From NCBI RefSeq assembly GCF_006345805.1, contig NC_042998.1, forward strand, positions 135,470,001 to 135,534,000: DNA of 64,000 nucleotides. The letters are read 5' to 3'. Below, in pieces: positions 27,625 to 38,479 of the stretch. Source of the DNA: Octopus sinensis. Taxonomy: Eukaryota. The notes beneath the pieces are model-generated. The model did not search any database. It saw nothing but the letters and a program-made list of their open reading frames with translations, and was not told the origin of the DNA. The position numbers and the translations under genes are program-made. Within the stretch, counting starts at the first letter, position 1. Every line of letters starts with the position of its first letter.

Positions 27625-27854
27625 CCTTTTGCCTGGCCTGTGTATCATATGTGATATACAGAATATATTTCCCTGGTGTCCATACATCGTATATGATACA
27701 CATTCTCAATTATTTTTTAATCACCAGAATAACTTGGAACTTATGTAAGGAATGCTTTATATTAAAACATAGGAAACAAGGGCTAACTAAAAGTCTGAAA
27801 ACAAGCATGGACGTTTAGGATAAACTTATGAAAATGCTTTGGATAGGCAAAGGG
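27625..27854. mobile_element. piggyBac-like MITE
   Basis: TTAA|ccttttgcctggcc ... ggataggcaaaggg|TTAG, with internal short palindromes. Confidence 0.5.
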
Positions 27855-28386
27855 TTAGGAAAACAACACTTTCATGACGTTATAGAGGAAGATGTTTAGC
27901 ATCCATGATGTGTTGTCATGGTTGTGTGAAGAAGAAATAAGAATTCATTAGCTGATTCTTTAGGCAGTGATACACTAAGATGATTGGTTAACTTGAGATC
28001 TATTCCAAATGCTTATGATACAGTGAACTCTCCCAAAAGTTAAGTGTTTGTGTAAAATTGGATGAAGTATTAAATCTATGATCTAGAAAGAAATAGGTAC
28101 AATCCACATATAAAACAATATCTATTTACAACCTTGCACGCACACACATGAAAAAAAGAAGAAAATTCGCCTCGTTATCAGCTCACCAATACACTAACAT
28201 ATCTCAAGCAAATTAATACCATACACTCTCATTTACGATTGCAAGAAATCCCAAAATAATCAATAATGAAGCCAGAAAAACACCTCCCCCAATCAATAAG
28301 TATAAAAAGCAGAGTAATAAACAAACACAGCCACTAGACCACACAGCAAAGGATATAAATACACCACCAATATCGAGTTGTAACAG

Positions 28387-28429
28387 TTCTTGCCTGAAGA
28401 TCGCAGTGGCGTGAAACTCGAGTGAGAAA
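28387..28429 (+). ncRNA. Degenerate minimal hammerhead ribozyme motif
   Basis: CTGAAGA-t-cgc-agtg-gcg-t-GAAA-CTCGAG-T with a palindromic helix III. The cleavage triplet and helix I are damaged. Confidence 0.4.
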
Positions 28430-28460
28430 ACAATCTCAGTTCATTTTCAATATATATATG

Positions 28461-28496
<36 letters not shown>

Positions 28497-28595
28497 TTAT
28501 GTATGTATGTATGTATGTATGTATGTATTATGTATGTATGTATGTATGTATGTATGTATGTATGTATGTATGTATGTATATGTATGTGTGTATAT

Positions 28596-28671
<76 letters not shown>

Positions 28672-28760
28672 GGGAAAGTTTACGAAAATAAACAAAAGAC
28701 GAAGGCAGGTGGTGTACAAATAAACAGATGTATTAGTATAGCGCTCAGGAATAGAAAAAG

Positions 28761-28797
28761 TCTTTTACGTTTCGAGCCTACGCTCTTCTACAGAAAG
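28761..28797 (-). ncRNA. Minimal hammerhead-like motif (variant core)
   Basis: Minus strand reads cttt-CTGTAGA-a-GAGC-gtag-GCTC-GAAA-C-GTA-aaag. Helices I and II pair, and the core has A6>U. Confidence 0.5.
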
Positions 28798-29184
28798 GTA
28801 CACAGAAAAGACAAGGAGAGAAAAAATAGGATATATATAATATATATATATATATATCAAGATGGTTGCACACACTCACTCCATTCAGCTTCATCCAGCC
28901 TACTAGCTTTCTTTTTTTATCACCTGTACTCTGTCTCGTCCTGTAGATCATGCATTAAACACTTCACCCAGTCTTTCCATAACATAGATGCAACTCACAG
29001 GAAATTTCTCTCCAGTAAAGTTTTTCATTCAAGTATCGACTTACAACTATGTTCAAGATGAACACCAACAGCATCAAGCTCACCACTTTGCTTAAGAAAA
29101 ACTTAAAACGGTTATGGGCTCTGTCCCACCTTTTCTGACTAAATTATTATAAAGAAACAAAATGTTAATATTAGGTGAGTTTAC

Positions 29185-29362
29185 CTGGTTGAAATTTTGG
29201 CATGACAGGAATGATTTCTTCAATGAATGCATCAACAATATCCGTTATTAGCTTTCGATCTCTATCGTCTTCAATAGCGGCAGCATATTCCTTAAGTCTT
29301 GGAACAGCGGTTAGACTCCAGCTGCTGGTTGATGTTTGGTCGAAATATGAATGATGAAAATC
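29185..29362 (-). CDS. HYKK: HYKK-like exon 4
   Basis: DFHHSYFDQTSTSSWSLTAVPRL...PKFQP|G with donor GTAAAC. The acceptor phase is off by one G (see findings). Confidence 0.8.
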
Positions 29363-29415
29363 TAGATAGAAAACACACACACTTATATATATATATATCA
29401 AATTTAGACAGACAT

Positions 29416-29487
<72 letters not shown>

Positions 29488-29489
29488 AT

Positions 29490-32108
29490 GAGATAAAACG
29501 GTAAGATAACAAAAGAAAGAAAGAGACCTCAATATTATGTAAATAGAGGAATTTATCTATACAATATGTTACATTACTCGGTAGTCAAGATAAAACTCTG
29601 AGTTTCAGATGCCGAAGTGGAAATCCACAACACCATCTCATCGGTTATCTGGCTATTTGAAAACGTTATGAAAAAATATACGTTAAAAATGAAGGGAAAT
29701 TACTCTGTTATAACTCTGCTTTGCCTGCGTACTTATACATCGCTCGCATTTTTCGTCATAAAAATTATAAAAATACATAAAAATATATAAAAATATATAA
29801 AAATATAAAATCTTCTTGGGACATAACACAGAAAGCATGTTCTATCCGTTTTCTTTAGGGGACCAAAAACGCGTAACAGAAATTAGTCACATGTGGGCAT
29901 GATCCGAAAAGCTCTGTCCTTGTATCTAGACATGTGGTAGGGTCTAAACTGCTTTTCCAGATAAGCCATCTCTCCATGTCGCATAAACCGCACCTTCCGC
30001 TGCCGTTAGTATAGGGCTTACATTGGCCAAAATCTTCCATTGTATGTTATAATCGACACCTTTATCTCTTAAAGACCAAATATGATTGGATAATTGTGTC
30101 GCTTTTCTTTTGTTCCAGTGCCTAAAGCTCAAAGTGTGGTTAATGAACCTGCCTTGAAATTACCCTCTGTCAGGCCCACGTATTTCTTCGTCGCGAAACG
30201 GTGTCTTTAGTGGTATAGAGTTTACGGTAGCTTCATATATGATGGTCTTGGACATGCAAGCTCCATTTAGCGGGCACAATTCTTTATTCCTGCATGAACA
30301 GCTGTTTTTTCTTCTTGTGTTTTGTATGTTATGATTGATTATGTTTTTAAAATTGGTAGTTGAACTAAAACTAATTTTTAAATTGTGTCTATTGAAGAGT
30401 TTCCTATAAGCATGGTTAACTGGAAAATGTCTATCTATCAGTGCTAGGAAATATTTACCTATATTGAAGGCCACCTCGGGTGAGTAAGGGGGCGTAAACC
30501 AGATGACCTTCCTATTTCTATTATTCCTTTTCCTTATTGTTGGGCTGGTGATAGGTGTATATTTTATTTTTTCGCTAAAACCACTATCTTTTAAAGCTTT
30601 ATTATAAACTGGGGCAACGCTATTGAAGATGTCCTCATTAGATGAGAGGCTAGAAATCCTCTTACTAATATTTTTAACTAAATTTTTGAATACTAAGGGG
30701 GATGGCATGAACCTACATAATATAACTTAGTCTATCATTGGGCTTCCTATAAGGCTTATAAATATTATTATTAAGATCTAAGGAAACGTCTAAGAAATTG
30801 ACAACCGTCAGGTTAGTGTCTATAGTTATACTAAGTCCGAAGTGTTTCATTAACTGGATAATATCCTTCCTAAAACGATCTTGTGCTGGTCCATTTGTAT
30901 TAGCTGTTAAGGCGAGGGCATCATCTTTGTAGATGGCGAAATGTACGTAGGGAATGTCTTACCGAAGGTATCTAGGAGAAAGAGCCCATTAGATCACAGA
31001 TGCCTGCCCCATCATATGAACCCATGCTCACATCGAAAGCGCCTCCGTGTCGGTGTTTTTTACCCACTTTGCATTCTCACTGAAAAGTAATGTCTTTCTA
31101 CCATGGAAGATTATATCCTTATCATTGGTACTAATTTCTATGAAGTCACTAGCGAAGATTAGGCTTTATCTAGCAGTTCTTTAGAGATAGAGGCATAAAA
31201 ATCAACAATATCGAATTGTGTAAACCTCGCTTTTTTCTTATTCTTAATAGCTTTAAACCAGTCTACGACTTCTATACTATTGGACCATTGCACTAGCCTA
31301 TTCGGTCTTAATTTTCGTATTTATTTTATCTAACTTTCTTTTCTTTGCTATAATCCTAGTTCTGACTTGGCTGGGTTGATACGCCTACATTTAGGGTGGA
31401 AAGGAAGTTTTCTTTGTGGTCTTTAATAGTAATAAAGGCCTCTTTTTGGGGGAGGGTTTCTATTTTTTTATCTAATTAAGTTTAGCGGCGATGACGCTAG
31501 CTTCTTTTTAATTTCGTTATATGTCTGTGCCCTAGCCTTAGTTAATTATTAATGATGCTGTTGTGTAAAGAGTTTGTGTGTATTTGACTGTTATACCAGG
31601 TATAGTTCTTGGTTTTATCCGAAAAAAGAGCTTTTTTCTTGGAGCTTTTATATGATCAATATCTTTTTTCAATTTATGTTGAAATTGTTAAAAGACTTAC
31701 GAAACTTTATTTGCTCATGATCTCAGCAGTCCGCTTCGAAATCTTCCAAGCCTTTAATCCTAGGAGGATTTTTTGGATTTTTTATCCGATAGAAAATGTT
31801 TTCCTTGGTGTTCGCTTCTGTGTCAAAAAAGAAAGCCTTCCATCTCATACAGCTTAATTACATCAGTAATTTTTTGCAGAATTTTCTTAGAGTAAAAATC
31901 CTTGATGGGATCGGTAATTTTTCATAGAATAATATGTGATATGCGTCCATATTAGATTCTTTTGTTTGTTGAGAGTCCTCAACCGATGTTAGGCGATAAT
32001 CCCAAAAGGTCGTATTAGCTCTTAGTTGAGAATACCGTCCGTCCGGGAGGTGATTATTGATAAAACGTTAAATAACAAAAGAAAGAAAGAGACCTCAATA
32101 TTATGTAA
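29490..32108 (-). mobile_element. Penelope-like element, Naiad-type (RT + C-terminal GIY-YIG), near full length
   Basis: N-terminal YSMKN-PIPS and MRWKAF, RT motifs QFDIVDFYAS, MGSYDGA and YKDDAL, a CSC..CPLNGAC motif, endonuclease IIYEA..YVGLT, and a RCGLC..CPH tail. A short terminal repeat at 32058-32108 duplicates 29491-29542. Many 1-nt indels. Confidence 0.85.
29588..29650 (-). ncRNA. Hammerhead ribozyme motif in the PLE 3' terminal repeat
   Basis: agataa-CCGATGA-gatg...catc-t-GAAA-CTC-a-GAG-TT-ttatct. Helix I is agataa/ttatct, with GUU as the putative cleavage site. Confidence 0.6.
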
Positions 32109-33850
32109 TAGGCTAGTGCAATGGTCCAATAGTATAGAAGTCGTAGACTGGTTTAAAGCTATTAAGAATAAGAAAAAAGCGAGGTTTACACAATTCGATA
32201 TTGTTGATTTTTATGCCTCTATCTCTAAAGAACTGCTAGATAAAGCCCTAATCTTCGCTAGTGACTTCATAGAAATTAGTACCAATGATAAGGATATAAT
32301 CTTCCATGTAGAAGACATTACTTTTCAGTGAGAATGCAAAGTGGGTAAAAAACACCGACACGGAGGGCGCTTTCGATGTGAGCATGGGTTCATATGATGG
32401 GGCAGGCATCTGTGATCTAATTGGACTCTTTCTCCTAGATACCTTCGGTAAGACATTCCCTAACGTACATTTCGCCATCTACAAAGATGATGCCCTCGCC
32501 TTAACAGCTAATACAAATGGACCAGCACAAGATCGTTTAGGAAGGATATTATCCAGTTAATGAAACACTTCGGACTTAGTATAACTATAGACACTAACCT
32601 GACGGTTGTCAATTTCTTAGACGTTTCCTTAGATCTTAATAATAATATTTATAAGCCTTATAGGAAGCCCAATGATAGACTAAGTTATATTAATGTAGGT
32701 TCATGCCATCCCCCTATAGTATTCAAAAATTTAGTTAAAAATTTAGTAAGAGGATTTCTAGCCTCTCATCTAATGAGGACATCTTCAATAGCGTTGCCCC
32801 AGTTTATAATAAAGCTTTAAAAGATAGTGGTTTTAGCGAAAATAAAATATACACCTATCACCAGCCCAACAATAAGGAAAAGGAATAATAGAAATAGGAA
32901 GGTCATCTGGTTTACGCCCCCTTACTCACCCGAGGTGGCCTTCAATATAGGTAAATATTTCCTAGCACTGATAGATAGACATTTTCCAGTTAACCATGCT
33001 TATAGGAAACTCTTCAATAGACACAATTTAAAATTAGTTTTAGTTCAACTACCAATTTTAAAAACATCAATCATAACATACAAAAAACACAAGAAGAAAA
33101 CAGCTATTCATGCAGGAAAAAGAATTGTGCCCGCTAAATGGAGCTTGCATGTCCAAGACCATCATATATGAAGCTACCGTAAACTCTATAACCACTAAAG
33201 ACACCTTTTCGACGAAGAAATACGTGGGCCTGACAGAGGTAATTTCAAGGCCAGGTTCAATAACCACACTTTGAGCTTTAGGCACTGGAACAAAAGAAAA
33301 GCGACACAATTATCCAATCATATTTGGTCTTTAAGAGATAAAGGTGTCGATTATAACATACAATGGAAGATTTTGGCCAGATGTAAGCCCTATACTAACG
33401 GCAGCGGAAGGTGCGGTTTATGCGACATGGAGAGATGGCTTATCTGGAAAAGCAGCTTAGACCCTACCACATGTCTAAATACAAGGACAGAGCTTTTCGG
33501 ATCATGCCCACATGTGACTAAATTTCTGTTACGTTTTTGGTCCCCTAAAGAAAACGGATAGAACATGCTTTCTGTGTTATGTCCCAAGAAGATTTTATAT
33601 ATTTTAATATATTTTTATATATTTTTATGTACTTTTTTATATAATTTTTATGACGAAAAATGCGAGCGATGTATAAGTACGCAGGCAAAGCAGAGTTATA
33701 ACAGAGTAATTTCCCTTCATTTTTAACGGTATATTTTTTCATAACGTTTTCAAATAGCCAGATAACCGATGAGATGGTGTTGTGGATTTCCACTTCGGCA
33801 TCTGAAACTCAGAGTTTTATCTTGACTACCGAGTAATGTAACATATTGTA
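32107..33850 (+). mobile_element. 5'-truncated inverted copy of the same Naiad-type PLE
   Basis: Near-identical reverse complement of ~29560-31302, with the same RT, GIY-YIG and 3' UTR peptides. Confidence 0.88.
33760..33822 (+). ncRNA. Hammerhead ribozyme motif (second PLE copy)
   Basis: agataaCCGATGAgatggtgttgtggatttccacttcggcatctGAAActcagagTTttatct. Confidence 0.6.
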
Positions 33851-34205
33851 TAGATATATATATATATAGTAGAAATATGTAACAAAAAGAAAATATAACT
33901 CCCTACATCACTCACATCTCTAAATCCAGAACTACTTACCTCCCTTACAAATAATCTTTTTTCTCAGGAACTATTAGACCTGACACCGTGTATTAGCCGG
34001 TGTTTTTAAAGCGATGAATAGCTTTGCGGAAATCATGGTACGCTTGTTTTCTGACTTTATAATCATCTATAATCATCTCATAATAATGACTTTTATGACT
34101 TTTATTACTACCTCAGTCAATCTAAATGTATATATTTGTCGTTACTTGTCATAAAAAGCCTTTTTTATTTACAATGTGCATTTTCGTTGATTTTTCATAA
34201 TTTAC

Positions 34206-34280
<75 letters not shown>

Positions 34281-34380
34281 TTCTTACTACCCACAAAGGG
34301 CTAAACACAGAAGGGACAAACAAGGACAGACAAAGGGATTAAGTCGATTACATCGACCCCAGTGCGTAACTGGTACTTAA

Positions 34381-34770
34381 TAGGCGCAGGAGTGGCTGTG
34401 TGGTAAGTAGCTTGCTAACCAACCACATGGTTCCGGGTTCAGTCCCACTGCGTGGCATCTTGGGCAAGTGTCTTCTGCTATAGCCCCGGGCCGACCAATG
34501 CCTTGTGAGTGGATTTGGTAGACGGAAACTAAAAGAAGCCTGTCGTATATATGTATATATATATATATGTGTGTGTGTTTGTGTGTCTGTGTTTGTTCCC
34601 CTAGCATTGCTTGACAACCGATGCTGGTGTGTTTACGTCCCCCGTCACTTAGCTGTTCGATAGAATAAGTTCTGGGCTTACAAAGAATAAGTCCCAGGGT
34701 CGATTTGCTCGACTAAAAGGTGGTGCTCCAGCATGGCCGCAGTCAAATGACTGAAACAAGTTAAAAAAAA
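34381..34770 (+). mobile_element. SINE family A, well preserved, abutting a partial family B SINE (34282-34380)
   Basis: Head aggcgcaggagtggctgtgtggtaag..GGTTCAGTCCC, a (TA)/(TG) spacer, and the tail gactgaaacaagtt(A)n. Confidence 0.85.
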
Positions 34771-34774
34771 AAAA

Positions 34775-34823
<49 letters not shown>

Positions 34824-35673
34824 TGTATGTATGTATGTATGTATGTATAGGAGAGTATTGTAGTTCGCTTGAAGCAGTGTGTATTGCTTGTAAACAATAA
34901 TAATAAATCGTAATAATGTGTTTTGAATGGCACAACAATGCACTATAATAACTGGTGTAATTCAATCATCCATAGTCTGATATAATATTTCGGAATATAA
35001 AAATTCCTTCTTCAGATATGCCTAAGGATTGATCGAATCACTGCTTCAATTGATTTTCCAACTGCTTTTTCCTTTTTCTTTTTCTTTTATCCCCCACTCT
35101 CTTTTTCTTTCCCCGGAAGTGTGTCTGCACTGGTATCACGAAGCTCCTCCCGAAATTCTTCGTGAGAAGTGCGTGAGTGCGGCCATGTCTCAGGCTTGTG
35201 TGTGCTGCTTATAAGTTACGTATTATACGAGCAGTTTCCTCTTTTTCCTTCCTTTTTTCTCCTTTCCTTTTCTCTTTCCCCTTTTTTAAAATAAATAATA
35301 CATGAACATATAAAAAAAAAAACCTACACGCATCCAGATGTAGCTAGAGAATATATTGACTGCCAAGCTCCAGCCTGTTGTTGATTTGGGGGCCTAGTCT
35401 GTCTATGAGAATAGCTTCCTTAATTCTTAAATTACCCAAATTTTGGACACTTTAGCGACAACAGTTCGTTTGAATCTTTTCATTTTGAAAGCCAGATTTT
35501 TCAGATTTTTCTAGTTAACTAAATAATTTGAAACTTCGTCTGGTAGAGAATGTGTCAAAAGAAAACAATAATTTCAACTAGTTTTTTTGACAAAAATGTA
35601 TGCATCTATATAATACACACACATTATAAATATATACACATATATGCATATGCATTAGAATATGTGTGTATAG

Positions 35674-35748
<75 letters not shown>

Positions 35749-36129
35749 GCATATGTTTGTATACATGTGTGTGTAGCTATTTAGGATCTACACAATTTTA
35801 TATATACTCCACGAAGTTTACGATAAGCGGAGATGTTTACATGTTAGCTATTTACATGTTTACGTTAACTACGTCACAAAATAGCTGTTTACGTCACAGT
35901 AACAATATTTTGAGAGGCAGTAAATAATATGAAGTCGAAAGAAAGAATGCCATTGGTTAAAATTCGAATTATTAAACAACGTTAAACTTAGAAATTACAA
36001 TTCCGTTTTCATTTTGGTTTACAATTATGTTTTCTTTTGACACATTCTACCAGTATACGAAGTTTCAAATTGTTTAGTTAACTAGGAAAATCTGGCCTTC
36101 AAACTGAAAAGATCCCACATCATCAACCA

Positions 36130-36740
36130 GAAATCTCAACCACCTGCTTTTTTCTCACGTCAAGTCAAGCCAACAGAACAGCGTTACTGAGAGCTCTTAG
36201 CAGTTTATCTTGCTGTGAGATACTTCCGCCATCTTCTAGAAGGTCGGAGTTAACGATATTCACAGATCATAAACCTCTTACATTCGCTCTTCAGTCCGAG
36301 TCTGATAAATACTCACCGAGGACATACAGACACTTGGATTTCATCTCGCAATATACCAGCGACATTCGTCATATAGCCGGATCTGCAAACATACCTGCTG
36401 ATGCACTTCCTGTGTGTTCACTTTCGTCTCCTGCACACATCGATTTGGTTGCTATTGCCACAGACCAACCTTCTTTGGACTCTTTGGACACTTCTTCCAA
36501 CCAATATTTCTGTTGCAGATTTGAATACTTAGCTCTTCCGTCTGTTGAAGGACGAATCCTTTGTGACATCTCCACCGGCTCACCTAGACCGCTTCTTCCA
36601 CATCGTCATCAGCGTACCGTTTTCGATGCTCTTCATTCCTTGTCGCATCCGGCATAGCCGCCACGGTAAAACTCATTACAGCCCGTTTCTTCTGGCCTAA
36701 CATGCGCCGTATAATCACCAGTTGGACACGTTCTTGTTTG
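36130..36740 (+). mobile_element. Ty3/Gypsy RNase H-integrase fragment
   Basis: ELLAVYLAVRYFRHLLEG, IFTDHKPL, DFISQYTSDIRHIAGSANIPADAL, and the zinc-binding region H..SHPGI..FFWPNM..C..C. Confidence 0.8.
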
Positions 36741-36859
36741 CAGTGGTTTCCTGTGGCTTTGTACCAAATACGGACACAACACAGACTATTATACCGACGC
36801 AAATGAAAAGGGCACATCCACCGAACGAGATAACTATAACATCGAGGACGTCAGCACAC

Positions 36860-37256
36860 CATCGACAACGAAATCCCTAGTGACACACTTGAGTGGGTCA
36901 CTCTCCCATGAAGAACTAGAACTTCTCAGTCTGCACCCTAAACTTATCTTGAGTTAAGAGCCGAACGAAAACATCTTATTCGACCTGGAAGCTAACTTTT
37001 GCCGAACAGCCTGTCAACTCAAATGGCTATCGGTGATAAAGAACAACAACAGCAACACACTCGGCAAATTTCTCACATACCAACTAGACCAGCCACTCCA
37101 CCCACCCCCAACCAACCGAGAACTCAACCACAAACCATCCAGGCTGAAACAGTCTATCTCCAACATCTTACGGAAGAAATCGAAAATAATACCAAACTTA
37201 ACCAAAGCGCAACATAAATCATTGACAAAACTAAAAAAAAACCCAACTTAATACAG
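36860..37256 (+). mobile_element. PLE ORF N-terminal remnant
   Basis: LSHEELELLSLHPK.. and PNLTKAQHKSLTKLKKNP resemble the pre-RT segment of Penelope ORFs (LSLGPKF; NLTKEE..ALK.LK). Confidence 0.45.
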
Positions 37257-37332
37257 TTCTATATTTAAGAGACGAGGAATTATGTACATTATTTACATTT
37301 GACAGATATTTGTCCTCATCTTGTTTGTTGTT

Positions 37333-37378
37333 AACACAACGTTTCAGCTGATATACACTCCAGCCTTCATCAGGTGTC
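37333..37378 (-). ncRNA. Minimal type I hammerhead ribozyme
   Basis: gacac-CTGATGA-a-GGCTG-gagtgtatat-CAGCT-GAAA-C-GTT-gtgtt. Confidence 0.75.
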
Positions 37379-37425
37379 TTGGCGAAATTTCGAATCTAGG
37401 TTCTCATTCGTAAGGTATTTTTCGA

Positions 37426-37492
<67 letters not shown>

Positions 37493-37496
<4 letters not shown>

Positions 37497-37564
37497 TCAC
37501 TGCCTGGAATCGGACTCAGAATCTTGGGGTTAGTAGGCCGCACTCTTAACCACTACGCCATATG
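37493..37564 (-). promoter_or_regulatory. tRNA-like Pol III internal promoter head (left arm)
   Basis: Minus strand reads catatggcgtagtggttaagagtgc..ctactaaccccaagattctgagtccgattccaggcagtgacctg. The A box is intact and the B box is mutated (GAGTCCGATT). Confidence 0.6.
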
Positions 37565-37581
37565 GTACTCTTAACCGCTAC

Positions 37582-37656
37582 GGGCATATGGCGTAGTGGT
37601 TAAGAGCGCTGGCTACTAACCCCAAGATTCCGAGTTCGATTGCGAGCAGTGACCCG
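37582..37656 (+). promoter_or_regulatory. tRNA-like Pol III internal promoter head (right arm)
   Basis: A box TGGCGTAGTGG, anticodon-like loop CT-ACT-AA and B box GAGTTCGATT. The acceptor stem is not intact, so this is SINE-like rather than a tRNA gene. Confidence 0.7.
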
Positions 37657-37692
37657 AATAATAATAATAAAATAATAATAATAATAATAATA

Positions 37693-37731
<39 letters not shown>

Positions 37732-37792
37732 CAACAACAACGACATCGAAAAATACCTTAGGAATAAGGACCCAAGTTCGAAATTTCCACAA

Positions 37793-37838
37793 GACACCTG
37801 ATGAAGGCTGGAGGGTATATCAGCCGAAACGTTGTGTT
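37793..37838 (+). ncRNA. Minimal type I hammerhead ribozyme
   Basis: gacac-CTGATGA-a-GGCTG-gagggtatat-CAGCC-GAAA-C-GTT-gtgtt. The core is perfect, helix II has 5 bp, helix I is gacac/gtgtt, and a palindromic AACGTT replaces helix III. Confidence 0.8.
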
Positions 37839-37961
37839 AGCAACAAACAAGATGAGGACAAATAGTTGTCAAATGTAAATAATGTAAATGGTGTACATAA
37901 TTCCTCGTCTCTTAATATAGAAATATAATAATAAATGAACAAATAAATAAATAAAACTTAC

Positions 37962-38113
37962 CTTTAATGAATTGTGTATGGAGCCAATTAGCTTCCCAAA
38001 TTGATAAAGGAGACTTGGCACCATTGGAACTTTGCTAATGACTACTCCGGGAAGAAATGTCTGAAGTATAACCATGTGTTGCAAGGTTCTACTGGTAGCA
38101 ATGTTGTTCGTAT
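37962..38113 (-). CDS. HYKK: HYKK-like exon 3
   Basis: Acceptor gttgtag|AT and donor AAG|GTAAGT, 152 nt. Encodes (D)TNNIATSRTLQHMVILQTFLPGVVISKVPMVPSLLYQFGKLIGSIHNSLK. Confidence 0.85.
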
Positions 38114-38479
38114 CTACAACATGAAATGAGCAACCAGTTGTAGTAGTAGTAGTTGTTGTTGTAAACATGTACGAATGGGGGGGGGGACTAAATAGCTACT
38201 ACCCTGGTGTGATAATAGTAATAGTGGCGTTGCATTTCAGAAACATTTTGGAACGTAATGTAATTGTGAATGCAAGCAGAATAATTTGCAACATAAGTCT
38301 AACGACTGAGACGGCGACGGCATCACTGCCTTCCACCACCAACAACAATAACACCGAACCCCACCACCGCCACTACCATCACCGCAGCCGTCACCACCAC
38401 CACCACCACCACCACCACCAGCAACAACAACAATAACGACGACGAAAACAACAATAGAAGTTTGTCGTTATATTACAAA

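Larger units (their letters stand above)
37257..37922. mobile_element. Palindromic pair of tRNA-head/(AAT)n/hammerhead non-coding elements
   Basis: The left arm 37257-37564 is the reverse complement of the right arm 37582-37922, separated by a 17-nt spacer. Confidence 0.85.

Noticed and set aside
28422-29061. Low-complexity ORFs (YVCM, IYIY, HTHT, poly-L/Y/H/M) here and elsewhere
   Set aside because: They are translations of microsatellites.
29855-33561. Selenoprotein-type Naiad (in-frame TGA plus SECIS)
   Set aside because: The conserved Cys positions I could read (CSC, CPLNGAC, RCGLC, CPH) are TGY codons (one TAT in the plus-strand copy), not TGA, and I could not identify a SECIS.
33938-34052. 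Possible extra HYKK exon (AG...GTAAGT on the minus strand)
   Set aside because: All three frames contain stops, and the protein is continuous without it.
37582-37656. Functional tRNA-Ser(ACT) gene
   Set aside because: The acceptor and T stems pair poorly, there is no long variable arm, and it is embedded in a repeat unit. It is treated as a SINE-like head.
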